From: Octopus vulgaris
Taxonomy: Eukaryota
Length of the DNA stretch: 64,000 nucleotides
Assembly (NCBI GenBank): GCA_951406725.2
Contig: OX597816.1
Location: 83,762,001 to 83,826,000, forward strand
Direction: 5' to 3'
Below, piece by piece: positions 42,189-57,357 of the stretch. A model generated the notes under the pieces. The model saw only the letters and a program-made list of their open reading frames with translations. It had not been told where the DNA came from and did no database searches. Made by a program: the position numbers and the translations under genes. Every line of letters starts with the position of its first letter. Positions within the stretch are counted from its first letter, which is position 1.

Positions 42189-45100
42189 TAGTGGTCGTAG
42201 ACTCAGTGATGATATTTTAGCCAGGGTCAGGATTGATGAAGCAGACCTGATAAAGCATTCTATCCATGACCACCCCCGCTTTATTCTGTGTGTAGGGAAT
42301 CTCGGAGTCACAATATCCAACATGTACATTCCTCTCAACAAAAGTGGAAGTGTGATTTGAGGAAAACCCGGGTGCTAATTCTAGCCGGTCGTGAAACGAC
42401 AGGCTCCGTCATTGACTCCTCTGGAGGTAGTTAGGGTAGGTAGTACTAGTTTTTGTTGTTAGTGGTGAAAGAAATGGCAGCACAGTGGTGAGGTAGCGGT
42501 GGTGGTGTTGGTGCTGCTGCCAGTGGTGGTGGTGGTGATGGGATACAAGAAAAGGTGTCACGCCGTCAAGTGTGATGTCACATATCAAAAATATAATTAA
42601 AGAAAAAAAAAAGAGAACGTCAATGAAGGCGAGAACAATGCAGCTTCCATTTTAGGTAACTTTGTCACCTTTCCAAGGCCAGTAGGGAAAAAAGATAATG
42701 AAAAAAAAATCAGACTTGCCCAATCACTCATACTTAATAGTTCCCCTGCCTTACACTTCCGCATTACCATCATCACCACCACCACCATACAAATAGCTAT
42801 TCTTAGCCATCCACTGAACCTCCAGTAGTCTTGTCTTTGATTCTCCAAATTACTGTTGCCTCATCTTTAATACTTCTCGTCGTACACTGCTTCCCAGATG
42901 TCATGCCTTCTTCCTCTTCCACTGTTTCGTCTTATTCTATCATTGCCGCTTTTGTTCCTGCCGTTCTTGCAGCGGCCGCTGCTGCTGCTGCTTACAGCAT
43001 CCATCTCACCTTTCACCTCTTGTCTTTTGTCTCTCACCTCTCGCCTATCAGTTCTCAAATGTTGCCTGTCTCTTTGATTGTTTGTATGTCTTGTCTTTCA
43101 CTATCTGTCTCGCTAAAACCAATCCTCTTCCCTTCAAAAGCTTACTAAGTCAAGATTACCAAATTAATTTCTTGAAAAGCAGTGCAAAATATTCAAAAAT
43201 TAGTGGATTGTGACAGAAAGTAAGACAAAATGAAAATTTTCCTAGAGACCGTTAGACCAAACATGCAACCCTGTAATGCATACATACTGGCATATATATA
43301 TATATAACTGCAGGCAAACATAAGGATTCCAATATAATTTGCTGATAATTCAATATTTTGATATGGATTCTTACCTTAGAGATAAAATTTAAAGTAAATT
43401 TTGTTTTTTAACGTAATCAGGAAACAAAATGTTACATATATTCGAGAAAATAACGTAATCTCTGACTAACATGTAATCCAATGTGGCAATCTTTGGTAGA
43501 ATTTCTCTCTCTCTCTCTCTCTCTCGTCTCTCTCTCACTCTTTCTGTCTGTCTGTCTCTCTCGCTCTCTACCTGTCTACCCCTCTAACTTTCTCTATTAA
43601 TTCTTGGAAACCCTTTTATAAGGAAGGAACTGATTTCTAGAAAGAGTTACCAAGTTGAATTTTAGAATCTGATTACACATTGAATACATACACACACACT
43701 CATGCATACACTTATGCACTCACAAATACGCACACACACAAATGTGTGTGTATATATATCTATACACACACACATATATATATAAACATATAAGCTCATA
43801 CACACACACATATAGGATTTACATCTGTACATATATGTGAGCACCCTGATACATGTGACAGATATATTGATATACATGTATGCATGTATGTTACACGTAA
43901 TCGGGTCGTCGGCGACTAAACATGCTTCTCACCAGGCTATCCAGCACGACTAATGGCAAAACCTCTCAAAAGGTCGGATGAATCCAGATAAAATCGGATA
44001 CGTAATGAAGTGTATGGAACATTTTAGAAATCTTTTGCTTGCGCTTAAGACCATGGCACTCTCACTTTACTGAAACTGCAACCCATATTGGCAGCAGATA
44101 TTTTTCCTTGGTTTGTCTTTGGATCATATCAATAAAGTCGGGAGGGTGTATAAGGTGTTGTGCAGCCCTTATTGGCCCCCAAAGCGTTTCAATAGGCCTT
44201 CATTTGTCAGAGCTGGTTGTGCTCGTCTACTTATTTATATGCATACCAACATATATACATGGCAAATGTAAAACGCATCTTAATGGACGTTTTGTCATTA
44301 AGTATAACTTTAAGTCTGTGCTGCAGTCTTTCTTAGTCTAATTTTATGATTCCTGCACCGTTGCTGCCCATTCTTGGTTTCTTTTTTCTTTTATATTTTG
44401 ACCGAGAGAAACTATGTTTTTTCACTCGGCGTGTTCCATCTGCACTGAAGACATACTGTAATCACGTTTTATATGACGTGTTGCTGCACTTTTTCTGCTA
44501 TTGACAACTGTAAAATATTTGATGTAAATGGGAATGAAACTATTTGATGACCAGTCGAAGAGTTGTGGCACTTAGCAGATTTGCTTGTTCTGTCAAGTGA
44601 TTCATGTCCACTTATCTCAGAAAATTGATACAAAGCTTTCTGGACAGCACAAGTAAATGTATCATCAATCTGAGCCCTTTTCCCGATATTTATTCCATGA
44701 ATTCATTAAATATTAATGTATCTAGCAAGTATCAGAAATGTTAAACACAAAATGCAATTATGGAATAATTTTTCTATCAATTATACATCATAGCAAGCAG
44801 TATAATCTGACTTGAAAATATTTATAAAGACGCTAAATTTTACCTTTATATCAAAGCTTATTTTCATTTAAAATGTACTAAGTTACATATCTCAGATGAT
44901 ACTTTTCACCAGAGCTGTGTATGAATACACCCACGAAAAACATCTGTAATCACAACACGCTGCCCACAAATACCCACACGAATACACAAACACAGATAAT
45001 AAGTATGGATATGAATGCTTACAAAGCAAAATATAAAGAACGGGTGACATTTCCAACCTTTTATCATTCAAATAGTTGATATTAAAGAACTTGTTTTCAT

Positions 45101-45420
45101 TCAAAATAACGTATAATGAACATATAATGATAGGTTTTATGAAGAATTCTATTCAAAGTTTTCACTTGTAATTTCATATGACCTAGCGCCCATTGAAACG
45201 TTATTTTAGTTTTTGTATTTTCGTACCCATTTTACTCTCTTTTCTTCTTATTCTTTGACACTTTAGGTGTTTCTCGATCAGTCGCTATTGGTTTAATATG
45301 GCATACAATTTTGTTACACCAATTTCAATAAACGCACAAACGGGCATCCATATGGTCTTTAACTTCTTAATTATTTTCCATCATTATTTTGATAGTACAG
45401 TCGCAACAATAAAAGAGAAA

Positions 45421-45480
<60 letters not shown>

Positions 45481-45695
45481 CCTCATCATTATCATCATCG
45501 TCATCGTCATCATCGTCATCGTCATCGTTATCATCATCTTCGTCGTCGTCGTCGTCCTCCTCCTCCTCCTCCTCCTCATTATAAGCATGATGATGATGAT
45601 GATCATCATCATCATCATCATCATCATCATCGACCTCAATTTTCTGGTTCTACTACATTAGTAACAATTTCATATATATATATATATATATATAC

Positions 45696-45745
<50 letters not shown>

Positions 45746-45853
45746 CAACACGAACAAAGGCCGCTACCAAATAGAAAAAAGAAACCCACTGGAATATTGC
45801 TTCTGCTGCTAATGCCGTTGTAGTTGTTGTTGTAGCGGCAGCAGCAGTAACAT

Positions 45854-45895
<42 letters not shown>

Positions 45896-46391
45896 AAAGT
45901 TGCTAGAGATGAAGATGAATAGAGCTATGTAAATAATATGTGAATGGATCCAGTCTTTATGCATTTGTATAACAAGTGTTACTCGCTCACACCGTGTAAA
46001 CACACACTACCCTATGTATTTATACATAGACATACACACAAATAAGTAAACCTATGCACCAAGAAACCGGCTGACTACGTACGTACATACACATGTACTC
46101 AAATAACAACTGACAAATATAAAGAAACGCAGACTTGCTCTCTCACACACACGTTGAAAGTATTACGATGAAACGAACATAGAGTGCTCAATACATAAAG
46201 TAGAGTAAAAACATTAATCATTCGTTAATGGCTGTTGATCTTGTATGTCCCTTACATGAGAATATAATGTAGAAATCAACAGAGGGAAATAAGACATTTG
46301 TAGTCGGAGCAGACGCTGCTTGCTCAGCACGTCCGAAGCAACGGATACTACCGACATCTTATATAATTACAAGTATATACATGCATATATA

Positions 46392-46451
<60 letters not shown>

Positions 46452-47307
46452 GATAGATAGATAGATTGATAGATAGGTGAGCATGTGTATTTATGTATGT
46501 GTGAGTGTACATACACACATACGCACGCATGTATATGTATATACATACATGTAATATATATATGTGTGTGTATGTGGGATGGTAGTAGATAAACATATAT
46601 AAATATATATATATATACATATATATGTATATATATATATGTGAATATAGATATATGAATGTATATATATATGAATATATATATTTTCATATATATGTGT
46701 ATGAACACATATACGTATATGATTATGTTTGTAAGTATTGTATGTATGTGTAAATTGAAACAGAAACGCATACGTGCATATATAGAGTGCATACATATCA
46801 TTTGTCAGAGGGCATAATACAGCCTGCATTTCACAATCTTCGATATTTACTATTGACATTAGTACAAGTATGAATTTTAACCATATATTTCAAACTGCCC
46901 ACACCAATTGCCATATCATAAATATCATTCATAAACAGAAATCGTTAATTAATTAGTCATTGAATAAATCAATGAACAAGCGATCTAATTAGTGCCATTC
47001 ATACCAAATAAAACAATCGATTAGTTGTGTTCTTTTAAGATGAGACCAATAAGGCTAAATAGCGAGGTAGAAAAGTTCATATCCGGGTCAGAACAATTGA
47101 CGGCTCTACGATATTGTTTACAAACATCAAATAAATGGTAGCGGAGTTTTAAAACGCACTTACTCATTGCTTTTAGTGTGTGTTTGTATGAAAAGGGGGA
47201 GGGGCCGTTGTGTTTGTTAGCAATTTCCTTTTGATGCATATCAAATTGATTAGTTTCCCTTTTGAACCTATACAATACGCGTGGGCCTGTCCAACACACA
47301 CATTCAT

Positions 47308-47359
<52 letters not shown>

Positions 47360-47543
47360 ACACATATATATATACAGCATACAAATATGTTTACATGTAT
47401 GTCTGTGTGTATGTATATATATATGTATATATATATAGATATAGACATATATATATATATAATATGCATGTACATCTAACTAGCTACCTGTATATATGTA
47501 TATATATATATACATATATATGCATATACAACTAACTATCTAC

Positions 47544-47603
<60 letters not shown>

Positions 47604-48169
47604 TTATACGTATATCTATAACCTATGCACATGCATACACATATATAAAATAATACAAAGAGTGAAAGGGATAAAGAGAGAGATGGAGAGAAAGGAACAG
47701 AGAGAGGGACGGCGAGGAAAGATTAAATGGCTTTAGAACTCTTACACATAACATATTACTTACGAAAAAAAGCAAATGAGAGCAAACATGAGAAGAAAAA
47801 TACAGAGCAAATAAATGCAAAAATACTAACTACCAACCAGCGTTTATTCAAGGTTACATATTCTGTAAGTACCATTTCTAAGAGCGAACAATAAACCAAA
47901 GAGATTCGTTTTCTCTTTACCCAATGTTTCGGTCTTCTCCTCTGCCTACACCCAACCACCTATATTTGTTTGTGTTTCATGTAGCTTTGTCGGCTTTGCA
48001 TGAATGTTTGTGTACACAAGGATTACTTTTGCGACAAAGAGATCGTGTGCGACTTAAAATGGATTTTGTTCAGACGGGATTTACATGTCGCTGGTTTTTC
48101 GTCAACTGAACGGTATTTTCACTCTGTGTTTGTGTGTGTGTGTATGTGTGTACATCCATGTATGTATGT

Positions 48170-48206
<37 letters not shown>

Positions 48207-48243
48207 TGTACGTTTATGTATCCGACTATATAAGTCGACATGT

Positions 48244-48282
<39 letters not shown>

Positions 48283-48399
48283 AGTTTTAAAATTTTAACA
48301 TCTCCATTTTTTAACATACTTTTTGAGTCTCTATGGGATACATTTTCATAAATTCTCATAACACACAATATACATGTAATAATTTCATATTTGCAAAAA

Positions 48400-49210
48400 T
48401 CTTACGCAAGTCAGCAGAAGAATCTTTGTTAGAAATCGCCCTTTGGAACCCTCCAAAATAAAGGATGAAGTATAATTCAACCTCTCTCCATACACACACA
48501 TGTATATATAGTCAATGATAAAATCCTTATAAGATTTTATCAAGTAGCCAGCATGTAATGAAACCATATGGGTAACAATTAATACAAAATATCTAATTAT
48601 ATAACTACAATTATAATAAAGGCGCTAATGAGTAGCGCCACATGCTAGAAATAGACGCCAAATGGTTCTAAGGACTAAAGTTATTTACCACATTGGTACG
48701 GGCTGAGAGCGAGGGAAATGAACAAAATCTATTTTTAAAAGGATTTAACCATAGACCAATTTCTAGTTTAGGGGTGTAACTCTCTTTACCGTCATGAGTA
48801 TGGTAAAACTCAAAGTACATAATTATAAACATTTATACATATCCATACGAATATTACTTATCCACAAGCGCACATACAAATGTTCACATTTATATATAAG
48901 CTAAATCTAATTCATCCACCACGTGCGTATACGAACAAAAATTAGTACCGGAGTGAATATATTGGTCGAAGTAGTATATATTTATATATAATCAAGGATA
49001 AAATCTTTATAAGATTTTATCACGTAGCCAGCATGTAATAATAAAGTCTTATGTTGTCATTAAAAGAACGAAACAGGGAGTAATATCACAGTCGACAACT
49101 GACGAGGGGTTAAAATCTTTTGGTATTTTGCCCGTACTTATCTCGCGTTGTGTGCTTACGTATTTTTCACTCGTTGGTGACGTCTTGACTTAATGTGTAT
49201 TTTTCATTTA
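48400..49210 (+). mobile_element. Repeat remnant with a 44-bp direct repeat (probable Penelope-like element)
   Basis: GATAAAATCYTTATAAGATTTTATCAMGTAGCCAGCATGTAAT occurs at ~48517 and ~48997, followed by CTGACGAGGGG at 49099. Classification is inference. Confidence 0.4.
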
Positions 49211-49239
49211 TATATAAATATATATATATATATATACAG

Positions 49240-49445
49240 GATCACAACGCATAAATACATTGCAACACAATTTCTTCTCCTCAACAGGCCCTGCCCTATT
49301 TAACATTAGCCCAAAACAGATCAAAGAGGAAAAGGATCCCATCACCTTTAAACAGAATCTGGAAAAATTTCTTCAAGGAATACCCGATAAGCCACCTATA
49401 CTTGAATACAACTCACTCAACAAGAACTCCATACTCGAGTGGATA
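49240..49445 (+). mobile_element. CR1/L2-group LINE extreme 3' coding fragment
   Basis: QHNFFSSTGPALFNISPKQIKEEKDPITFKQNLEKFLQGIPDKP...LNKNSILEW; related to the 5900 fragment. Confidence 0.75.
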
Positions 49446-50025
49446 AATAGATAGATAGGTAGATAGATATAGATAAATGTATATAATTATTTATGTATAT
49501 TTATAGAAAGATAGATAGATTAAATAAGTAGATAGATATAGATATGTAAATAGATAGATAAATAGATACATAGAGATAAATATATATAGATAGGTAGATA
49601 GATGTGTATGATCAAATTTATGTATATATATTTATATAAATAAGTGTGCAGATCTTTGCGTATTCATGTCTTTATGTACAATCGTATTTCTTTCTCCCTC
49701 ACCTTACGCTCACAACTACATAATACTTTAGATGGAAGTAGCTCTTTTTTGTTTTTATCCCTTATGGTTGTATTTATTTAGACAAATCCACACGGTGTTG
49801 CTAAAACAGTTTGTTACCGTAAATGGAGCACCCTGCTCAAAGAAGCACTTAACAGGACACGATACCAAAATAACAATTACTGTAACAACAACAGCAATTA
49901 GTACACCACGAAATGAAGGTGATGATGATGATGATGATATAATGGTGATGATTATGATGATTATGATGATGGCGAGGATGATGATAGTGCTGCTGCTGCT
50001 ACTTCTACTACTACTTCTACTAATG

Positions 50026-50059
<34 letters not shown>

Positions 50060-50349
50060 CATTAATAATAATAATAACAAGAAGAAGAAGAAGAAGAAGG
50101 AGGAGGAGGAGGAGGAGGAGGAGGAGAAGAAGAAGAAGAAGAAGAAGAAGAAGAAGAAGAAGAAGAAGAAGGAAGACAGACCTGGTCTAAATAATCATGT
50201 AGACCAGCACCAAACAAACTATCTGGAAAGAATAAATTCACTCCAAAAACATAGACAAAATGTAAAAACATTTTCGTAACAAATTCGATGAGAAGGATTT
50301 TTTAACGAATACCAAAAAAGAAATATATATATGTACACATAAACGCACG

Positions 50350-50411
<62 letters not shown>

Positions 50412-51299
50412 CGAGTGATTATTGTCATATGAAGTATATCTTCTACTCATGATGTCTCGTCTCAATGAGGCATGTGCGAATAACGAGACTAACGCCAGAA
50501 ACTATGACGAGATCAGTAAACACTGAGGGAACGACGAGAATAAGTATGTAAATTAATTACGTACATATTTTAAGTGTTTATACGATTACGTATGCAATCT
50601 AATGGTTATACAACTACAGAAATAATGTCTACACAACACACACACACAGGCGCGCACATACGGAAACATATGACGCAAGCGAGGTAAAAAAAAAGTCTTC
50701 TTAGAACAAACACAAAAGGTGTGAATAATTTCCACATCAGTCTTCAAAAACAACACCACTAAAGAATTACACCTGGAGATAAATCCAATAATACATTCAT
50801 AAAAGAAAGAAAAAAATGGGGCGAAATTCGAACTGCAAGCCTCATGCAATCACATTACGAAAATCGTCTTCATATGAGATAGACTAAACTGACAGAACTC
50901 CCTGCTAATGTGAATGATCAAACGAAACGTAAGACAATGCTAGACATATGATGACTATATTGAAGTGATTGAGTGATTCTACACTGCAACATTCTGCTCC
51001 GAACGTAGAAGTATCATAAAAGAGAGATATGAACTAAGGAGGGAAAAGAACATAGATTTCAAACTTGAAAATATGGGAAGGTTAATTTTAAGTGAGACTA
51101 AAGTATCCCAAATCGAAATAGACAAACTTATAGAGAGGATACTTACTGAAACTAAAACCGAACATAAAGCAATGAGCTACAAATAAGCGAAAATTGCACA
51201 GAACCTACCTTTTCCTTCCCCCATACACATAAAACCCCGTGAAGAGAAATAAAAGAATATAACAGAGACAAGCACACATGCAATAAATGAGAAGCCGAA

Positions 51300-51570
51300 C
51301 GAAAGTTAACTAGCAACAGAGCTGTTCTTACAAGACGTGAATGATACATTGTAGGAAAGCAGAAACACAGAGGAACAAAGCGAGAAACAACACAAAAATT
51401 AGAGAACATAGAAACAGACAACAAAACACACAGGTACATGCAAAGTATACTCTCAGCCTTACACCCGACAAAATGTATAACAGCATATATCACGACAGGT
51501 CTACAAGAACTGTTTTTGAGGACCACCTGATTGAAGCAATAAACAATGCAAGTGGGGATTAAAATCAATA
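51300..51570 (+). mobile_element. Possible decayed Penelope-like GIY-YIG endonuclease fragment
   Basis: The peptide ...RNNTKIREHRN...VHA...IYHDRSTRTVFEDHLIEAINN follows the spacing of PLE GIY-YIG C-halves (RI.EH...H...R...E..LI...N). Weak similarity. Confidence 0.3.
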
Positions 51571-52759
51571 CATAAGAATCAGTGTTTCCACCTCTGTAAA
51601 CTACAAAGGACTAAACATTTGTAGGAAAGAATAAAAACAAGTAAGAGTAAGTAATATGTGCATACTGAAATACTTTCTTGGAAAATAAATGTAAATCAAT
51701 CAACACCAAAAGACCTTCACATTGTACATAATTGGTAAAATATTAATTCAAATGTAATTTAAACAAACTTCAAAGTTTAGCGTGCTAAAAAAGCAGCGAT
51801 CATATAGTTATTATTGCAAGGCTTATAGCGTTCCAAACAGTCATACCAACAAGATCACTTCTTAATTTTATAAAAAATATACCGGTATATTAAAAGATTT
51901 TCATTTTATCAAAAATAAACCTCAAACATACAATAATATATCTTTTTGATATACTAATGTTAAAATCAATTTGATGTTCGATATATTGAAATACAATTAA
52001 TGAAAATATTACCACAGACGATCTAACTATGTATAGAAGATCAAAATAGAAGATTTACTAGCAGAAAGTCCGCCCGGAGGACGGTCTTTCTGCTAGTCAA
52101 ACCTGGAGTGTGTATGTGTTTATATTATAGAAGAGACACAGTGAGACTGTGCATGTGTGTAAAAGTTTTTGTATTTATTGTTTTTCACTGCTTGATGCGT
52201 TTGTTTTTATTACGTCAACGCAAGTTTAACAAAAGGAAACCAACAGAGACAGTGAGTGAGTGAGTGAGTGAGTGAGTGAGAGGACAGAATATTGCAAGCA
52301 ATGAATGAAATAAATATGAAACGAAAAATCGTATAAATAAAAGCTTGTACCGAATATCTAAATTTGCGAACTTGGAATATTCAATAATAAAAGTAAGTTT
52401 AGAAAGTAAATTTTCCTGAAAACTTCAATTTAGAAAAAAATCTCGATTACTTAGTAAGTATTTCTTTCAGCAATTTATCGTAGTTGTAATATATCTTCAA
52501 TTTAAACTAACTTTAAGATTTAGCATGCTAGAAAGTTATAAGTTAATACTAAGCCCCAACTTAATCAAGTAATGCGCTTTTAATATTAATGAATGATTTA
52601 TACTGCAGTTATGGAAGTATGCATATATTACTATTTGTTCTGTTGTATTTTATTACTTTTAGGAAAAACACCGCACATTTACAAATCATATGTGTATCGA
52701 TATAAAGTCAACTTACACTACTAAGGTTACTGCTTCATAGAACGGTTTCTGGTATATTT

Positions 52760-52802
<43 letters not shown>

Positions 52803-53054
52803 GAAACCTCATGGCATACTCAGATTGTTGAAAAAATAGATAATAGCGCCCCTGGAAGGGGTCCTTATATATCTAATATATTTCATTTTAACAGCCAAGG
52901 GAAATAACCTAATCATTTTCCTAAATCAATGGGTATAAATCAAATGCATTAGAGCACTTTAGCTCTTATTTCTAGCAATATGAGTATTGCAACACCCTTC
53001 CTCAGATTTAATGACAATTATTGTTTTCCGATATTCTTTTATTCCATTATTCTT

Positions 53055-53258
53055 ATACCTGTTTCAGTCATTTTGACTGCAGCCATGCAGGAGCACCGCC
53101 TTTAGTCGATCAAATCGATCCAAAGACTTATTCTTTGTAAGCCCAGTACTAATGTTATCAGTCTCTTTTACCGAACCGCTAAGTTACGTGGACGTAACCA
53201 AACCACACCTGCCCAAGGTGCCACGCAGTGGGACTGAACCTGGAAGCATGTGGTTGCA

Positions 53259-53260
<2 letters not shown>
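53055..53260 (-). mobile_element. SINE family A, internally deleted copy
   Basis: The 3' body (GTTTCAGTCATTTTGACTGCAGCC...GAACCGCTAAGTTACG) is joined directly to the head (CCCAAGGTGCCACGCAGTGGGACTGAACC). Confidence 0.8.
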
Positions 53261-53327
<67 letters not shown>

Positions 53328-53714
53328 ATAAAGATAGATAGATAGATAGACAGATAGGCAGACAGACAGACAGATATCCTTCCCTGTCTACCTGTGCATC
53401 TCTGTCCATATTTGTGAGTACGTGTGGGTGCGTGTATGCGTGGGTGTGCGCATGGGTATGAATATTTGTATTTATTTTGTGTGTATTCACTTTACCGATA
53501 CGTGATGTTTCGTTGTTTTTGTCCCACCGTGCAGACACATCGTCTGACGAACAAGAACAACAAACTAACGAGAGAGAGAGGACAGAGACAAGAATACGTG
53601 CAACTAGTTCGACATCAACAATGGGGTGAAGATGGTGGAGGAGTGGGAAGCGAGGTGGTATAAGAGGAAGGTCAAAGAGAAAGTAGCAAAGGTATAGTAA
53701 TAATAATAATGATG

Positions 53715-53781
<67 letters not shown>

Positions 53782-53794
53782 CAATAATAATAAT

Positions 53795-54188
53795 GATAAT
53801 GAAGAAAAAATGCTTTCTAATTTATGTATCAATACCAGCGTATGACAACGTCTCTCTAAAAGAAATGGAGAAACTTTCAAAATACAAAGACCTAGAGATA
53901 GAGGTAACTCGAATGTGGAATCTAAAAACAGAAACAATTCCTATCATAGTAGGCGCATTAGGTATGATTAAAAATAATTCAGATAAATACATAACAAAAA
54001 CACCAGGACTTACAAATATATATAAGATACAGAAAGTTGCACTACTGGGCAGTGCACACATCCTACGCAAAACACTTTCAATACAGTAACCATAAGAGCA
54101 TCACAGCAAACCACAGCACATATCCAAGGCACACCGAGCTGCGCTCGATAGTGAAGTGAAAGCACGTTATAAAAATAAAACTACTGAC

Positions 54189-54190
<2 letters not shown>
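53795..54190 (+). mobile_element. 5'-truncated R4/Dong-like LINE 3' end with 3' UTR, in (TAA)n
   Basis: KKCFLIYVSIPAYDNVSLKEMEKLSKYKDLEIEVTRMWNLKTETIPIIVGALG...IQKVALLGSAHILRKTLS* (RLE domain end), then a ~100-bp UTR and a long (TAA)n. Confidence 0.88.
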
Positions 54191-54275
<85 letters not shown>

Positions 54276-54472
54276 TAATAATAATAATAATAGGGAATGC
54301 ATACAATGCCCTTCTCTGCCCTAGGTGTATGGAAAACACTCGGCGAGAAATGGAAGAAAATTTGAAGAAAGAAGGAAGAAACATAATAATAATATTGCTG
54401 TTACTACTGATGATGATTTGTTTTATTTAATACAGGGATATCGAATGGATGTGATATAAAGAAGAGGCTAGG

Positions 54473-54515
<43 letters not shown>

Positions 54516-56129
54516 AGGGGGAAGGTGGTTACATAAAATGAAGCGATGAGCTAAAAGGAGGGAAAATACGAAAAGCATAAATATTTTATATAAATATATG
54601 GCTGATTTCTCTTGATTGAAGAGAGCTTCCGACTTTAGGCAATCAAATAACGATACTCGGGTCTTAATTATTGTCATAGGGGAATTTGCAAGGAAATGTT
54701 ACAAAAGAATCCTGCAGGTTTACATATAAAAAAGAATGAATGAATGAATAAGTAGATAAATAAACAATATTATGTACAAATGTGATAGTTCCCAGGGTGA
54801 AGGGCCGTAATTAAGAAACTCGCAGAATCAAGATGTAGATAATATTTTGATCTCTTTGATAGACTGAACTGGCAGTTGGATCTTTCTTACACGTAAAACC
54901 ATTAATCTGTTCGATATAACGCTGCAAGTCAGAAGTGCTCGGACACTGAATATGTATCAGTAGAGAACTGCTTCATGACTCTGTGTCTATGTGGAACAGG
55001 CGTAGCTGTAAGCTCCACTATGCCTGTACATTATATTAGAAACCAGACCATTAATTATATCTCTGCTCGATCAGAGATTTCTGATAGTTATCCCTAGTCG
55101 CTTGACTGAGCGTTCTCTGGAACATACAGCTCAGTTTATCCTCGATGACTCATAGAGTAACTCTAAAACATTGATGCTCTAGACCTCCAACAACCCTTCG
55201 TAGAACGTAATAGAAAGATCTAAGAGAGATTGGGATGCTATTTCTAGCCGCCATATTAACTCCGATGTAATAACCCGGAAATAAAGAAAAGGAATGGAGA
55301 TCGATGATATACTAGTTTTACTACCTCCTTCCAGCTATCATAAACAACATTCTGCCATAGTTACAATAGTCGTAACCATAGCACCCAAAATAGCTTTAGC
55401 TTCTTGTTCTTGTATTTCATCAATTTTCTTTGATCTATTATTAAAAAAATACCACTGCTTAAAGAAAAATAAATAATTGATCCCCTTAATTTTGGTGGAC
55501 AAACATTGTATAATCAATAAAGATATTAATTGTTCTATGGATTAAGGGATAAACAGATTTCACTGTACCTAAATGGGGAGTATTTCCATATTAGTCCATA
55601 CGGGCATTAAAATACTAAAAAAAGATACAAAAACAAAAGGTAACAAAGCCATCCTATGATAAATCAGTTTTGCATTGTTTGGATTGCTTACTTGTTACAT
55701 TTTCTGCTTTAATTCATTTGTACTTATTTCTCTTGCTCTCCATATACATAAATTTATTGAAGTTACGTGCCCTAGAGTTTATGGTGTTGAACTCATGATT
55801 ATACAGTCAAGGGCTCCCTCCTGGACCGAGCGTATTTCACTTTGCTTTAATGTATTCAACTGACAACAAGTAGTAGCCTAGTGATGGTGCAGACATCCAC
55901 CTCCGCCCTCTTTAGATGTCACATCTCCGATGTTTGGGATCGATGAAAGGGAAGGCTGTTTAAGTCTGCTCTCTACTATATAAGCATCTAATGCAATTGG
56001 TTATAGCATGGTGAACTCTACCAAACTTGCGAGAGACGGCCATCACACACACGCACACAAAAATACACACACACATATATATATATACGTACATGCATAC
56101 ATACATACATACATACATACATACATACA

Positions 56130-56201
<72 letters not shown>

Positions 56202-57316
56202 CGCTCCATATTTTCTCCAAAATGTCTAAAACTCTTTCCTCCCACCACTGCCATCATCAGTATCATGACCACCACCAAGCCAACCACTAGCAAACCCACC
56301 ACCAGCACCACCGCCGCCATTATCTCCACCACCATCTCCCCTCCCACCAAACCTCACGAAATACAATTCTTTTGTCACACAATGACGTCTACTCTTACAA
56401 ATGTACAAATATTGACGTATGTTGACACCTCCATCAATTGTGTTATACACACATACGTGTGTATGTGTGTGTATAAGCTTACACATGCGCAAATACACAC
56501 ACCATCTCGAGAAACACGCACACGTATACAAGATGCGAGTTACTGACATCAGCATTCAATCCATACAGTTGATGATGTACATCTACATGTAATCCATCAC
56601 TGTTTTTCTTATTATTTAATTCCAGCATGCTCTGACCTTAACCCTCTCTTTCCCTGCAGATTCCCAGCCTCCCTCATTTAATCTTCATCTACCTATTTCT
56701 TTTAAACCGATACAGATATTTACACGAAATATTGATTTCTGACATTGCTATATTGAACTTATCTCCTTATAGATGCTTTATATTGGAAAGAGCTAGAGCT
56801 GATTTGAACGACAGCAGTATATTACTGACAGCCAGTGTATCAACAATCGTGGAGAGTTGAACGAAATGCACTGTCAAGGCGAGATTTCAGTATAATCCTA
56901 GAATAGCGACGTCAGCTATATCTGGAGAAACCTTGTCTCTCACACAAACAATTATCATTTAATTTTTCATATAAAAATATCTTGTCTTTCAGCGTTGTGG
57001 CAAAAAGCCAACAAGTTTTATGGTGATGCGTATAGGCGATTGCCAATACCTTCAATTTATAACAGGTATTGAAAGGCTAATTGGGAATCAATGCTATTTA
57101 AACTCTTTTTGCAAACTGACTAATCTGAATACCACAAATTATAATGATTATATACTAAAATCATGGTGGAGGACTCTGAAATCCTAACGGTGTCACAGTG
57201 ATGCCATAGTAGTATACGGAACATCTTGGGCATCTTAAGATTAATCTCTCTCCAGATTTAATCACAGCCGATTTCTTAGAGACAGGTAGAGATAAAGATA
57301 GAAAAAGTAGCGTTAC

Positions 57317-57357
<41 letters not shown>

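Noticed and set aside
43890-44620. Possible decayed LINE or DNA transposon fragment
   Set aside because: It looks repeat-derived, but I could not recover a diagnostic motif by eye.
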